Positions 1-8,011 of a DNA stretch of 26,493 bases are shown here, in pieces. The stretch is from Bacillota bacterium. GTDB taxonomy: Bacteria; Bacillota; Desulfotomaculia; Desulfotomaculales; Desulfotomaculaceae. Position 1 is the stretch's first letter; every line of letters starts with the position of its first letter. Under the pieces are notes generated by a model. It saw nothing but the letters and a program-made list of their open reading frames with translations. It made no database searches and was not told where the DNA came from. The position numbers and the translations under genes are program-made. Location of the stretch: contig JAMCWI010000102.1 in assembly GCA_023481335.1 (NCBI GenBank), forward strand, positions 1-26,493, in the 5' to 3' direction.

Positions 1-89
1 GATATCTTTATTTTTGCAACCTCCACGAGTTCTTCGGACTTCTCGGCGATAACCCTGGTGCCTTTTTTAAGCTTATCCAGAAAATCCAT
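1..89 (-). CDS. 5' part of a hypothetical protein running off the window (MDFLDKLKKGTRVIAEKSEELVEVAKIKI...)
   Basis: ATG at 87-89 with SD GAGGAGTG about 7 nt upstream; frame open to the window edge. The N-terminus resembles small Firmicute helical/zinc-ribbon proteins (recollection, unverified). Confidence 0.6.
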   Translation of the reverse strand, partial: MDFLDKLKKGTRVIAEKSEELVEVAKIKI

Positions 90-135
90 ATATCTTCACT
101 CCTCATACAAATTTCAACATATTTTAATATTTAAA

Positions 136-162
136 CTTCTTTACTTAAAGGAAAAATCCTGC
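136..162 (-). promoter_or_regulatory. possible sigma-H-like promoter for the gene starting at 89
   Basis: Minus strand GCAGGA-17 nt-GAAG versus the sigma-H consensus AGGA-N17/18-GAAT; short motif, could be chance. Confidence 0.3.
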
Positions 163-240
163 CATCGTTCAGAATATGGCCGTTTTAACCATCAATTCAG
201 TTTGCGAAAACACCTGTTCTATAATAAAATATGTCTGGTG

Positions 241-464
241 GCCGGCGAGCTGGAGTTCTTTTTCCTTGACGAGGGCTTCGGCAGCCTGAACCCGGAACTC
301 CTGGAAGTGGTGGTCTCCACCCTGGAAAGGCTGCGCTGGAGCACCTGAACATCGGGGTAGTCAGCCACGTCCCCGAACTGAAAAACCGCCTGCCCAGGCG
401 GCTCTTCGTCCACCCTGCCGAGCCCTCAGGCGCCGGCAGCCGGCTGGAGTTTGAAATGGCGTAG
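241..464 (+). pseudogene. sbcC: SbcC (Rad50-like ATPase) C-terminal fragment with frameshift
   Basis: LEFFFLDEGFGSLN (Walker B/D-loop), then after a frameshift near 333-340 LEHLNIGVVSHVPELKNRLPRRLFVHPAEPSGAGSRLEFEMA* (H-loop SH). No upstream gene body; GC-rich patch in AT-rich DNA. Confidence 0.8.
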
Positions 465-607
465 CCATGGTATATTATGGTTAAATGTTATCATGTCGCT
501 TGTTGATAATATTTTAAGTAGAATGATCATATTAACAAGGTAAGCGGGCCATAAAGGGTGGTTAATATGCGTTCAATAAAAAGGCTGGATAAAATTCCTG
601 TAAATCG

Positions 608-1930
608 CTAAATATCAGCATTTTCCTTAGTAATCGCCGGTGCGTCAGCAGCGCTTGCCTTTATAATACTTCCGGCGCCTTCCCACCCGCAGGCAATTTC
701 CGGCTTTTTCGGTGAAAATATCTCGAACCAATTGACTCTGGCGGTAATCTGCATGGCCACAAACAGGGTTATAATGAAAAGAACCGTTATAGTCAGTCCT
801 GTATATCCCTTGAAAAAGAATGAATATGAGAAAACAATAAGAAAAATGAACTGGGAAATACCGACCTCCATAAAAGCAAATCTCTGGCCGACTACCAATC
901 TCATGTACGACACCACCAAAAAAATCGATACGATAGAGCAAATCAAAAAAGATGTATGAATTGAAATATGATCCACTGAGTATGCCAGCAACAAGTGAAA
1001 ACTAAAAAAAGCGGCGCAGATAAAGAAATAGTTCATGGGATGGATCTCTATCTTTTTCATAGCCGACAGAATGAAAACCATAAATAGAAAGAGGAATAAA
1101 GATATGGGAGCAAAAAAGCTCACCTGGGAGACCCATGGGCCCGGGTTGAGTTTCTTGGGCATGAGCATCCCGATTTTGACCCCTGTTAATAGATTTGTAT
1201 ACTTCCACTTCAATTCCCAACCGCTGTCTGTCTCAATTTTTTCAACAGGTGAAATACCGTTCCGGGGGAAATCAATATCCTTAAAGTCAGTATTCATAAC
1301 CAGGGAAAAGTTTTTAACCTGATTAACATCTTTGCCAAAATCATACCACCATTCGTCCAATCCCTGGGAATCGTAAGTGATTCTAAAACTCTCCGCCTGG
1401 TTTGGTTTTACTTTCATTGAAGTACTGAGACTACCTGATACCACTTCTATATCTTTTAGCTCTTTGTCACCAACGACAAATTTGAAATTATCATATACCG
1501 CGTCTTTGTTGGGAAATTCAAAGTTGATTATATATTCCTTTTCTTCAGCTGTATTATTTATTAATTTGTAATTTCCATCAAAACCGACACGGTAGGTTGA
1601 GTACCACAATAATCCTTTTTGACGGTAGTCAACATTTAATCCGACTTTGATATTGCTTTCTTCAAGAGGAACAGAATGATTTATCGTTTCTGTTCTGTTT
1701 TCTGTTACGTCTTTACCATCTTTTTTAACCTGTACTTCTTTCAGAATTGTTGTTTGGTAGTATACCGCGGGAGCTTTTTGCCTTTGAACAGATCCCCAAA
1801 GTTGACCCACTTCCTCTTTTAAACTGGAGTCCTGTTTATTGGACCGATCTTGCATAACCCCGCCCAAGACAAACCAGGCAAAAGCCGCTCCTAAAAAAAT
1901 TATAAAAATAGGTATAATACGTCTGAGCAT
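608..1930 (-). CDS. CreD-like inner membrane protein (440 aa)
   Basis: SD AAAGGAGG. N-terminal TM helix, then EV.QLWG.VQ.QKAP, a large soluble domain, and about 6 C-terminal TM helices (IHPMNYFFICAAFFSFHLLLAYSVDHI). This architecture matches the CreD family. Confidence 0.6.
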   Translation of the reverse strand: MLRRIIPIFIIFLGAAFAWFVLGGVMQDRSNKQDSSLKEEVGQLWGSVQRQKAPAVYYQTTILKEVQVKKDGKDVTENRTETINHSVPLEESNIKVGLNVDYRQKGLLWYSTYRVGFDGNYKLINNTAEEKEYIINFEFPNKDAVYDNFKFVVGDKELKDIEVVSGSLSTSMKVKPNQAESFRITYDSQGLDEWWYDFGKDVNQVKNFSLVMNTDFKDIDFPRNGISPVEKIETDSGWELKWKYTNLLTGVKIGMLMPKKLNPGPWVSQVSFFAPISLFLFLFMVFILSAMKKIEIHPMNYFFICAAFFSFHLLLAYSVDHISIHTSFLICSIVSIFLVVSYMRLVVGQRFAFMEVGISQFIFLIVFSYSFFFKGYTGLTITVLFIITLFVAMQITARVNWFEIFSPKKPEIACGWEGAGSIIKASAADAPAITKENADI

Positions 1931-2135
1931 AATTGAAGCCTCCTTTTATCTTTCAACTGTTTAATCATATGTAGCATGACAACAGTCCCTGCCAGGCTTA
2001 ATAACCACACGCACCGGTTTTACCGGCGGTTAAGCAGTGGGTGCTATACTATTAACACATCAAACGAAAAGAACGTGACGGGATCTATCTATACTAAAAA
2101 ATTATGCTATTCTTTTGTAATTCCTGCCGACCTGT

Positions 2136-2426
2136 TTACATAATACAGTTTTCAGATGCGCTTACTGAAACATCTTTTGCACCGTCGGCCGGACTGGTAT
2201 TCTTAACAGTTGGAGGAGTCGTATCCGGCGACGAATGGTGGCTAACACTGAGCATGTTGCCCCCGGGATCATATGTATAAACGATTTTCTGGCCATTTTG
2301 GTAGGTAACTGAGGTCAGGCGGTTCAAAGCGTCATAAGTATATACCGCCGCGCTTGCCGGAAGGGATATAAAAAGAAGGATAATCAGCAAAACTACCATT
2401 TTAACATAAGAAATGAATTTGAACAT
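2136..2426 (-). pseudogene. truncated secreted YD-repeat / Ig-like protein
   Basis: SD GAGGTG before ATG 2426. Signal peptide ending PASA, one YD repeat (YTYDALNRLTSVTYQNGQKIVYTYDPGGN), then DTTPPTVKNTSPADGAKDVSV (start of an SbsA/Big_5-type Ig domain) that stops abruptly. Confidence 0.65.
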
Positions 2427-2456
2427 TGTTTTCACCTCGTTAGTTATCTATAATGA

Positions 2457-3020
2457 TTATTCTATCCCTATTAAAGGAGCGGATTCTTTGATTGATATTG
2501 TTGCTCCATCGTACAATGCCTTCCACAACCATTGGAGTATACTGTTTTCGTCCTCTAACGAAAAATCTGACAGATAAAACGATTTAGGATCGCGCTTCAT
2601 TTCCTCATATCCATCCGGGACATTTCCCAAACCTGCTCCCGAGAGATTCTTAATCTCCTTTAAGTGCTTTAGTAAACTATAGCTGCTTCCAAGAAACACA
2701 GGAAATCCTCTTTCATCAATCAGCGGCACTTTCGGTTTTTCAAATGGCGCCGGCAGCCAGTAGGATTGCGTCCACCACGGGAGGTGAGGAAACCGTGTCA
2801 TTTTTAAAGCTTCGTTAAAATCCGAAAAGCCCTCGAGTTCGATCACGTGTTCGAGGAAGATGTTTACTGACGCCAAGTTAAGAAAGTCAATATACGCTAT
2901 TTGATCGGGAACCGAAGCCCAACCCTGATTATCATCTAAGCCGGTGGAGAACAGATAGTCCGCGGCTGCCTGAATATATTTGTAAATTCCTATATTACCC
3001 ACTATTAAACTACAACCCAT
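2457..3020 (-). CDS. hypothetical protein (187 aa), candidate orphan immunity protein
   Basis: Clean ORF, SD GGAGTG, AT-rich, acidic/aromatic composition, downstream of an Rhs toxin; no family recognised. Confidence 0.8.
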   Translation of the reverse strand: MGCSLIVGNIGIYKYIQAAADYLFSTGLDDNQGWASVPDQIAYIDFLNLASVNIFLEHVIELEGFSDFNEALKMTRFPHLPWWTQSYWLPAPFEKPKVPLIDERGFPVFLGSSYSLLKHLKEIKNLSGAGLGNVPDGYEEMKRDPKSFYLSDFSLEDENSILQWLWKALYDGATISIKESAPLIGIE

Positions 3021-3094
3021 ATGATATCACTCCAGTTCTAAAGTCAAATAATTCAAAAATACAAAGATGTTTAAACTCAATAAAAGTTGTCATG

Positions 3095-3796
3095 TCATTC
3101 TGAAGTTCTTGCCAGTTCGTACCTTGCAAGGTAGAATTCATTTTCAACATAATTCGGTGGCCCGGTAGCCACTGAATCCGCCATCGCTTTCCGGAAGTGT
3201 TTCTTGTCTCCTTTTGACAAGGCTCTTGCCCCGATATAGAAATATGCTTCACAAAGGTACCTTTTCTCGCGGTTAGATTTGCGGGCCGTCAATATCAAAT
3301 CATCCTCGGACATGTTTCCCAATAAATACTGGGCAACAGGTCCTGGCCAATACTTGATTCTTTCATGTTTACTTTTTTTCTTGAGTAATTTTTCAGCCTG
3401 TTTCCGATAGTTCCTAAACTTTTCAAAAGAGGCCGCATACCAGAGCAAATTGCCGCTTTCAACACCCCCTGCCCGATCGGAGTACTCTATCTTATCAGCA
3501 AGGTGGTCCTGCACCAATCTGTTCCATACATCGGCGGCTTCCTGTTCCTTACCTTTTAGCCATAACGTTACCCCAATCATTTGTAAATGCCCATCAGTAG
3601 GACCAAGATTTACTTGTTCCCTAATTTTCGCGGCCATCTCGAAGTCTGCCAGTGCCTTATCCAGCTCATTCAGATATAGATAAGCACGACCCCGACCGGT
3701 GAGGGTAACACTCGAAAAATCATTTTCAATATCCCTTGTGTATAGTGCCAAAGCTTCATCGATTTTTCCGTCAAGTATAAGTTGGAACTTATTCAT
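3095..3796 (-). CDS. TPR protein with NlpI-like C-terminal half, candidate cognate immunity protein
   Basis: SD GAGGGGG before ATG 3796. TPR-like helices (GRAYLYLNELDKALADFEMA); WPGPVAQYLLGNMSEDDL...EAYFYIG...NYVENEFYLARYEL resembles the NlpI C-terminus; no lipobox. Confidence 0.8.
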   Translation of the reverse strand: MNKFQLILDGKIDEALALYTRDIENDFSSVTLTGRGRAYLYLNELDKALADFEMAAKIREQVNLGPTDGHLQMIGVTLWLKGKEQEAADVWNRLVQDHLADKIEYSDRAGGVESGNLLWYAASFEKFRNYRKQAEKLLKKKSKHERIKYWPGPVAQYLLGNMSEDDLILTARKSNREKRYLCEAYFYIGARALSKGDKKHFRKAMADSVATGPPNYVENEFYLARYELARTSE

Positions 3797-3861
3797 CAAA
3801 CTGTACCCCCCTCTACTTTTATCTCAAGTAAATCACAAACGGTAGGCTAATTTCAGCAATA

Positions 3862-3889
3862 ATTATATTAAATACCGGTCTTTGCTCAA
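3862..3889 (-). promoter_or_regulatory. sigma-A-like promoter upstream of the TPR gene
   Basis: TTGAGC (3889-3884), 16-nt spacer, TATAAT (3867-3862), in the gap between the Rhs stop and the TPR start. Confidence 0.45.
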
Positions 3890-3914
3890 AGCGGTTTTTA
3901 TCTTTCCTCAAATT

Positions 3915-5567
3915 TCACTTAATCATTGTTCCCGGGTCGTATACTTGCTCGTCCACGAATCTAACAAGATAGATATTTCCGTTATAATCATAAGAGAAAA
4001 CAACTGTTTGACTGATGGGCAAATTCCACTTATTCATTTGAGATGAAAATTTTGTTAAACCGGAAACATTCATTGGTTTAATTTCTGCATAATTAAAGTC
4101 AAGATTATTCTGGTTTTCTAAAACTTGAACATCAATACCTTTTTGACCAGGTTTCACATTTAATTGAAACTCTGATTCAATATACTTGGCCTCAAGCCAA
4201 TCCGCAATTTTTTGGTGCATTGCATTGCCGAAGGGGCAGGTCCCGGGGTCAAGACCCTCTGGAACCTCTACCTTGCCAATAAGTTCCACAGAAGCTATTG
4301 TAGCATAATTACTAAGCCATTCAAACTTTTTAGCAATTTCATCAATAATTTCAGGTGCATGAGGCGCTACTTGTGGAACAGTTGGGGAAATAGGCGTTTT
4401 TCCGACAGGAACCAATTTATCGAACACACGGACAATGGCATTGTGCCCCAACGGATCAACATAAATTACCGGATTCCCCTCGCAGTACGTATAGAGGTTC
4501 TGCGACTGCGGGTTAGTTACCTGACCGGTTAACGTATCCGGGCTAAGGAATCTTTTGGCCACCGGGTTGTAATACCGCGCCCGCATGTAATACAGGTCGC
4601 TGGCATCAGTCATTACGCCGTACCAGCCACTAAACAGGAACGGCGTGGCGGTGTTCCCGCTCCGGTATATCATCTCTCCGTATGGGGCGTACAGGAAGCG
4701 GTCGGTTACTTCTCCGATTTCGTCCGTCAGGGCTATTGTGCTGCCCCTGCTGTCAAAATGGTAGGTGCGGTAGGCGCCGCCGGGGGACTCCTGGCCGATC
4801 AGGCCGAGGCCGTAGACGTAGAATGTCTGGTTGTTTTGTTCGTCGGTCTTTACCAGCGTCTGGCTCAACGGCGCGTTCGGGTTGACTATATATTTGGTTT
4901 GATGGACGCCGTCACTTGCCTGGACTCTGTTGTTCCCCGCGTCATAAGTGTACCTGGTATTACCGGCGCCGGTCAACCTGCCGCGTGCGTCGTAGGTGAA
5001 ATTTTCCATCTTTCCGGCCATAGGCCCGTAAGTCATGTTGCCGTCGGCGTCGTAAACTGCAGCCTGCCCGTTGTAGGTGGCCAGGCGGTTGTCTGCGGCA
5101 TAGGTCAGCGCCGCGTCGTCCATGGTAAAGGTAACGTTTTCGCTGGAATTTTTTTCTTCAGTAAAATTGCCTGAAGCGTCGTAGGTGTAGTCGTACTGGC
5201 TGATGACACTGTTGTTTGTATCCACGTCTTTCTGCTGTGTTTGCCTGCCGGCGTCGTCATAAGCTCGGGTTGTTTCGGCGCCGTTAGGGTGAGTTGTGTT
5301 TACAAGCCTTCCGTTCGGGTCGTATTCGTAGGAGGTGATCCTGCCGGCCCAGTCGGTTACTTTAACTAACCGGTCGGCCGCGTCATATTGGTACTGGACC
5401 TGCCTGCCGCCGGGATAGGTGAGGGTGATCAGGTTGCCGTTCGCGTCGTACGCGTATTCTATTATGTTCCCCTGCGTGTCTGTGTATTTTTTGATGCGGT
5501 TCAATTCGTCGTACTCACGTTGGGTCGCGCCTGTATTATCGGTGGCGGTGAGGAGGTTGCCGTGATA
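3915..5567 (-). pseudogene. 5'-truncated Rhs/YD-repeat protein with Rhs-associated core and C-terminal toxin domain
   Basis: Many YD repeats; core LYYMRARYYNP...RFLSPD...NLYTYCEGNPVIYVDPLG; 176-aa AT-rich C-terminal domain (3915-4445). The frame continues upstream of the listed TTG (GNLLTATDNTGATQREYDELNR) to a TAG at 5568-5570, at the IS junction; no SD. Confidence 0.9.
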
Positions 5568-5828
5568 CTACCATTCTATATGATCGAAAGCTATCACCGG
5601 CAATTAAGAAAAGTAACTAAAGGGAAAAGCACTTTCCCATCGGATGACGCGCTACTAAAAATGTTGCATATGGCCACTCAAGATGTCCTTAGAAAGTGGA
5701 CAGGCCGTATTCAAAACTGGGGTCAAATTTTGTTGCAACTATCAATCTTTTTCCCAGATAAAGTTAAATCACATCTACGTTAATTATAGTTGGTAAAGGG
5801 GAAAAGCACGAAAATATTGACACTACCC
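5565..5828 (+). mobile_element. IS256-family right-end remnant (transposase C-terminus plus terminal inverted repeat)
   Basis: MIESYHRQLRKVTKGKSTFPSDDALLKMLHMATQDVLRKWTGRIQNWGQILLQLSIFFPDKV* (stop 5783) matches IS256 transposase C-termini. It is followed by GCACGAAAATATTGACACTACCC (5806-5828), an IS256-like end. Confidence 0.85.
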
Positions 5829-5831
5829 ATT

Positions 5832-6350
5832 TCAATACCATCTCCAATATTTTGCACCCTGCGCAACTATTAATCTATCAATCCATTTACTGAAATCTCC
5901 TTGTATATATACCCATTTATTTGTTTGGTAACCTTGGTCTGCATCGATAATATAGTTTTTTTCTCCTGCTTTATATTTATTTAAATCAAAAACAAGCATA
6001 TCCCCATCTCCCAGCCACGTAGCAAATACTGTCCAGTACTTTTTAAGTTGACAACCAACTTTTATTTTCTTGCTTGTAACCTTTAATATATCGTTCAAAC
6101 CTAAAACTTTACATCCCCATTGACCATACTGAATATCCTTAAATATTAAAGCTCCATTAGATATCCTTAAAAATTCCTTATATGTCTCAGGTAACAATAT
6201 TTGATTTTGACCTTCAAATTCATATATTTCTTCAATAGTAGCGGGTTCATTCCATTCGAATCCTGCTTCAGATAAATGACCGCCTTCATTTTGTATATAT
6301 AAAGTATTATTTTGTGATAACCTACTTTTAAGTGCTGTTATCGCCTTCAT
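5832..6350 (-). CDS. SMI1/KNR4 (SUKH) family immunity protein (172 aa)
   Basis: SD GGAGG before ATG 6350; PATIEEIYEFE...LLPETYKEFLRISNG SUKH motif. Confidence 0.9.
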   Translation of the reverse strand: MKAITALKSRLSQNNTLYIQNEGGHLSEAGFEWNEPATIEEIYEFEGQNQILLPETYKEFLRISNGALIFKDIQYGQWGCKVLGLNDILKVTSKKIKVGCQLKKYWTVFATWLGDGDMLVFDLNKYKAGEKNYIIDADQGYQTNKWVYIQGDFSKWIDRLIVAQGAKYWRWY

Positions 6351-7266
6351 AGCAATATCCTCCAAAATCATTAATAATCTCTCCAGAATTGAATGTGGAA
6401 GCAAGCAGGGGATCGATGATAAGTGGAATAGATTTATCATAATCACCCACCGTGAAACCGTAGGTTTCTCCATCCAGGCGATAAGATACTTGGACATATT
6501 CCCTTTTACCGTCCTTTTCTTGATAGGCTACTGGCTTTGTAAAACACACCGTCCCAAGCCCCGTGGCTATTTCAAGCTCACCTTTATCGTTTACTGTAAT
6601 CGAATTGAAGCCTTTTAATTTAAGTTTAATCTTATCCACATCGGCACCTGGATTTACGGTGAAAGTTTTTTCCACTTTATTTCCATGAGCATTTAAGCTA
6701 AAATCAATCCCGGGGTAAACTTCGTCAAAACTTATCATGTTATAGGTAAGGAGATTACTGCACCATTTGCTTTTATCATTACCGATAAAATAATTTACTT
6801 TAGTCTGTGCCTGATCAATACCCCGAGGGGAAATTTTGAACGCTCCCACAAGTTGTTCCTTAAGGGACCAGCCCTTTGTAATCTTGGGCTGGGGCAACTC
6901 ATCCCTTAATTTATGCTTTAACAGCCTTTTTGCCGCCTTATCATTCGCTTTTACCTCAAACTTGGGCAAAGAATAGACGAGATCACCTTTATCGCTCACA
7001 TAAACCGTGCCCCCGAAGGTGTTGGCATAAAACTTAACCGACTCGTCTATGATTTGCCCCTGGTTGAAAATGAAGGGGAGCCGTATTGCTGCCACTTTTT
7101 CTTTAAAACCGGGCCGCGACTCGTCACTCATCGCTTTTGTGGCATCCGGTCGATCGACACTTTCTTCCGCGTTTGCGGCTGGAACATTGACCCAGGATAG
7201 AAAGAAAAGGGCAATGACCAGGGTTAGCAGATACAGGTTTCTTTTAATTCTCCATGGTTTTACCAA
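6328..7266 (-). pseudogene. truncated secreted surface protein: signal peptide plus the N-terminal domain usually preceding SBBP beta-propeller repeats (DUF7948-like)
   Basis: TTG start with SD GGAGGG; signal peptide; motifs FIFNQGQ, NYFIGNDKSKW, VYPGID, VNPGAD, KPVAYQ, VGDYDKSIPLIIDPLLASTF. Similarity ends exactly where the propeller repeats would begin. Confidence 0.7.
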
Positions 7267-7298
7267 TACTATCCCTCCACGACAAATATAGAGAAAAT

Positions 7299-7325
7299 AT
7301 TCTATTTCATGTCGATATTTCCTTC
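7299..7325 (-). promoter_or_regulatory. possible sigma-H-like promoter for the 7266 gene
   Basis: GAAGGAAAT-11 nt-ATAGAAT fits the RNAGGAWWW-N11/12-RNNGAAT consensus. Confidence 0.35.
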
Positions 7326-7542
7326 TTCTACTTTAACATATATATCCTACAAATTTATACATTTTTCGACATATTACTACATAGTATTGGTTTAATTGAA
7401 TGATTAGAATGCCACAACCCGAGTAATAAATTTTTAACCGTTTCGGTTTTGTTTCACGGTTTGAAAATAAAAACGGACGCCGGATGATTCGGCATCGAGT
7501 TGAAAGCTTGCTATTTCCCGATGTCAAACGCAACACAGCTTC

Positions 7543-7580
7543 AAAAAAATAAAAGGCTGCTGTCATATTGTCAGCAACCT
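7543..7580 (-). terminator. intrinsic terminator after rpsI
   Basis: AGGUUGCUG / 9-nt loop / CAGCAGCCU followed by UUUAUUUUUUU. Confidence 0.85.
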
Positions 7581-7581
7581 G

Positions 7582-7601
7582 AAAAGGAAGGTTCCCTTCC
7601 T
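7582..7601 (-). terminator. small hairpin immediately after the rpsI stop
   Basis: AGGAAGG-GAA-CCTTCCT followed by a short U run. Confidence 0.45.
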
Positions 7602-7602
7602 C

Positions 7603-7995
7603 TTAACGCTTGGAGAATTGCGGAGCGCGGCGGGCCTTTTTCAGGCCGTACTTGCGGCGCTCTTTCATGCGCGGGTCCCTGGTCAAAAATCCGGCCTTCT
7701 TTAAGGGGGGCCTTAAGTTCGGGTCCGCCAGGATCAGCGCGCGGGCTATGCCCATTTTGATGGCGCCGGCCTGGCCGGTATTGCCGCCGCCCAGCACCCT
7801 TGCCCGGACATCGAAGCGGGCGGAAGCGCCGGTAAGCTCCATGGGCTGGCGGACGATCATTTCAAGAGTGCGCCTGCTGAAATATACATCGACCGGCCTG
7901 TCGTTGATCGTTACCTTTCCTTCACCGGGAACGAGGTATACCCGCGCTATAGCGTTTTTCCTCCGGCCGGTACCGTAAAACATCACTTTAGCCAC
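7603..7995 (-). CDS. rpsI: 30S ribosomal protein S9
   Basis: GTG start with SD GGAGG; [13 protein letters not shown]...[25 protein letters not shown]. Confidence 0.98.
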   Translation of the reverse strand: MAKVMFYGTGRRKNAIARVYLVPGEGKVTINDRPVDVYFSRRTLEMIVRQPMELTGASARFDVRARVLGGGNTGQAGAIKMGIARALILADPNLRPPLKKAGFLTRDPRMKERRKYGLKKARRAPQFSKR

Positions 7996-8011
7996 AGTCT
8001 CTCCTCCTTCC

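Noticed and set aside
58-348. 96-aa ORF as a gene
   Set aside because: Only its last 35 or so codons are SbcC-like; the rest overlaps the promoter and start of the opposite-strand gene.
567-611. 14-codon ORF MRSIKRLDKIPVNR with a weak SD
   Set aside because: Too short to support; may be chance or a gene-start relic.
1996-2035. Hairpin in the leader of the CreD-like gene as a riboswitch
   Set aside because: A stem (CCGG-TTTTA-CCGG) is present, but I cannot match it to any riboswitch consensus.
3010-3252. 80-aa ORF as an independent gene
   Set aside because: Two-thirds overlaps the TPR gene on the same strand and has no SD; only the tail is kept as a possible toxin relic.
5388-5783. 131-aa plus-strand ORF as a gene
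   Set aside because: Chimera of antisense rhs sequence and the IS256 transposase tail.
6351-6497. N-terminal 49 codons of the 221-aa SMI1 ORF
   Set aside because: Overlaps the upstream gene in another frame; a strong SD supports ATG 6350.
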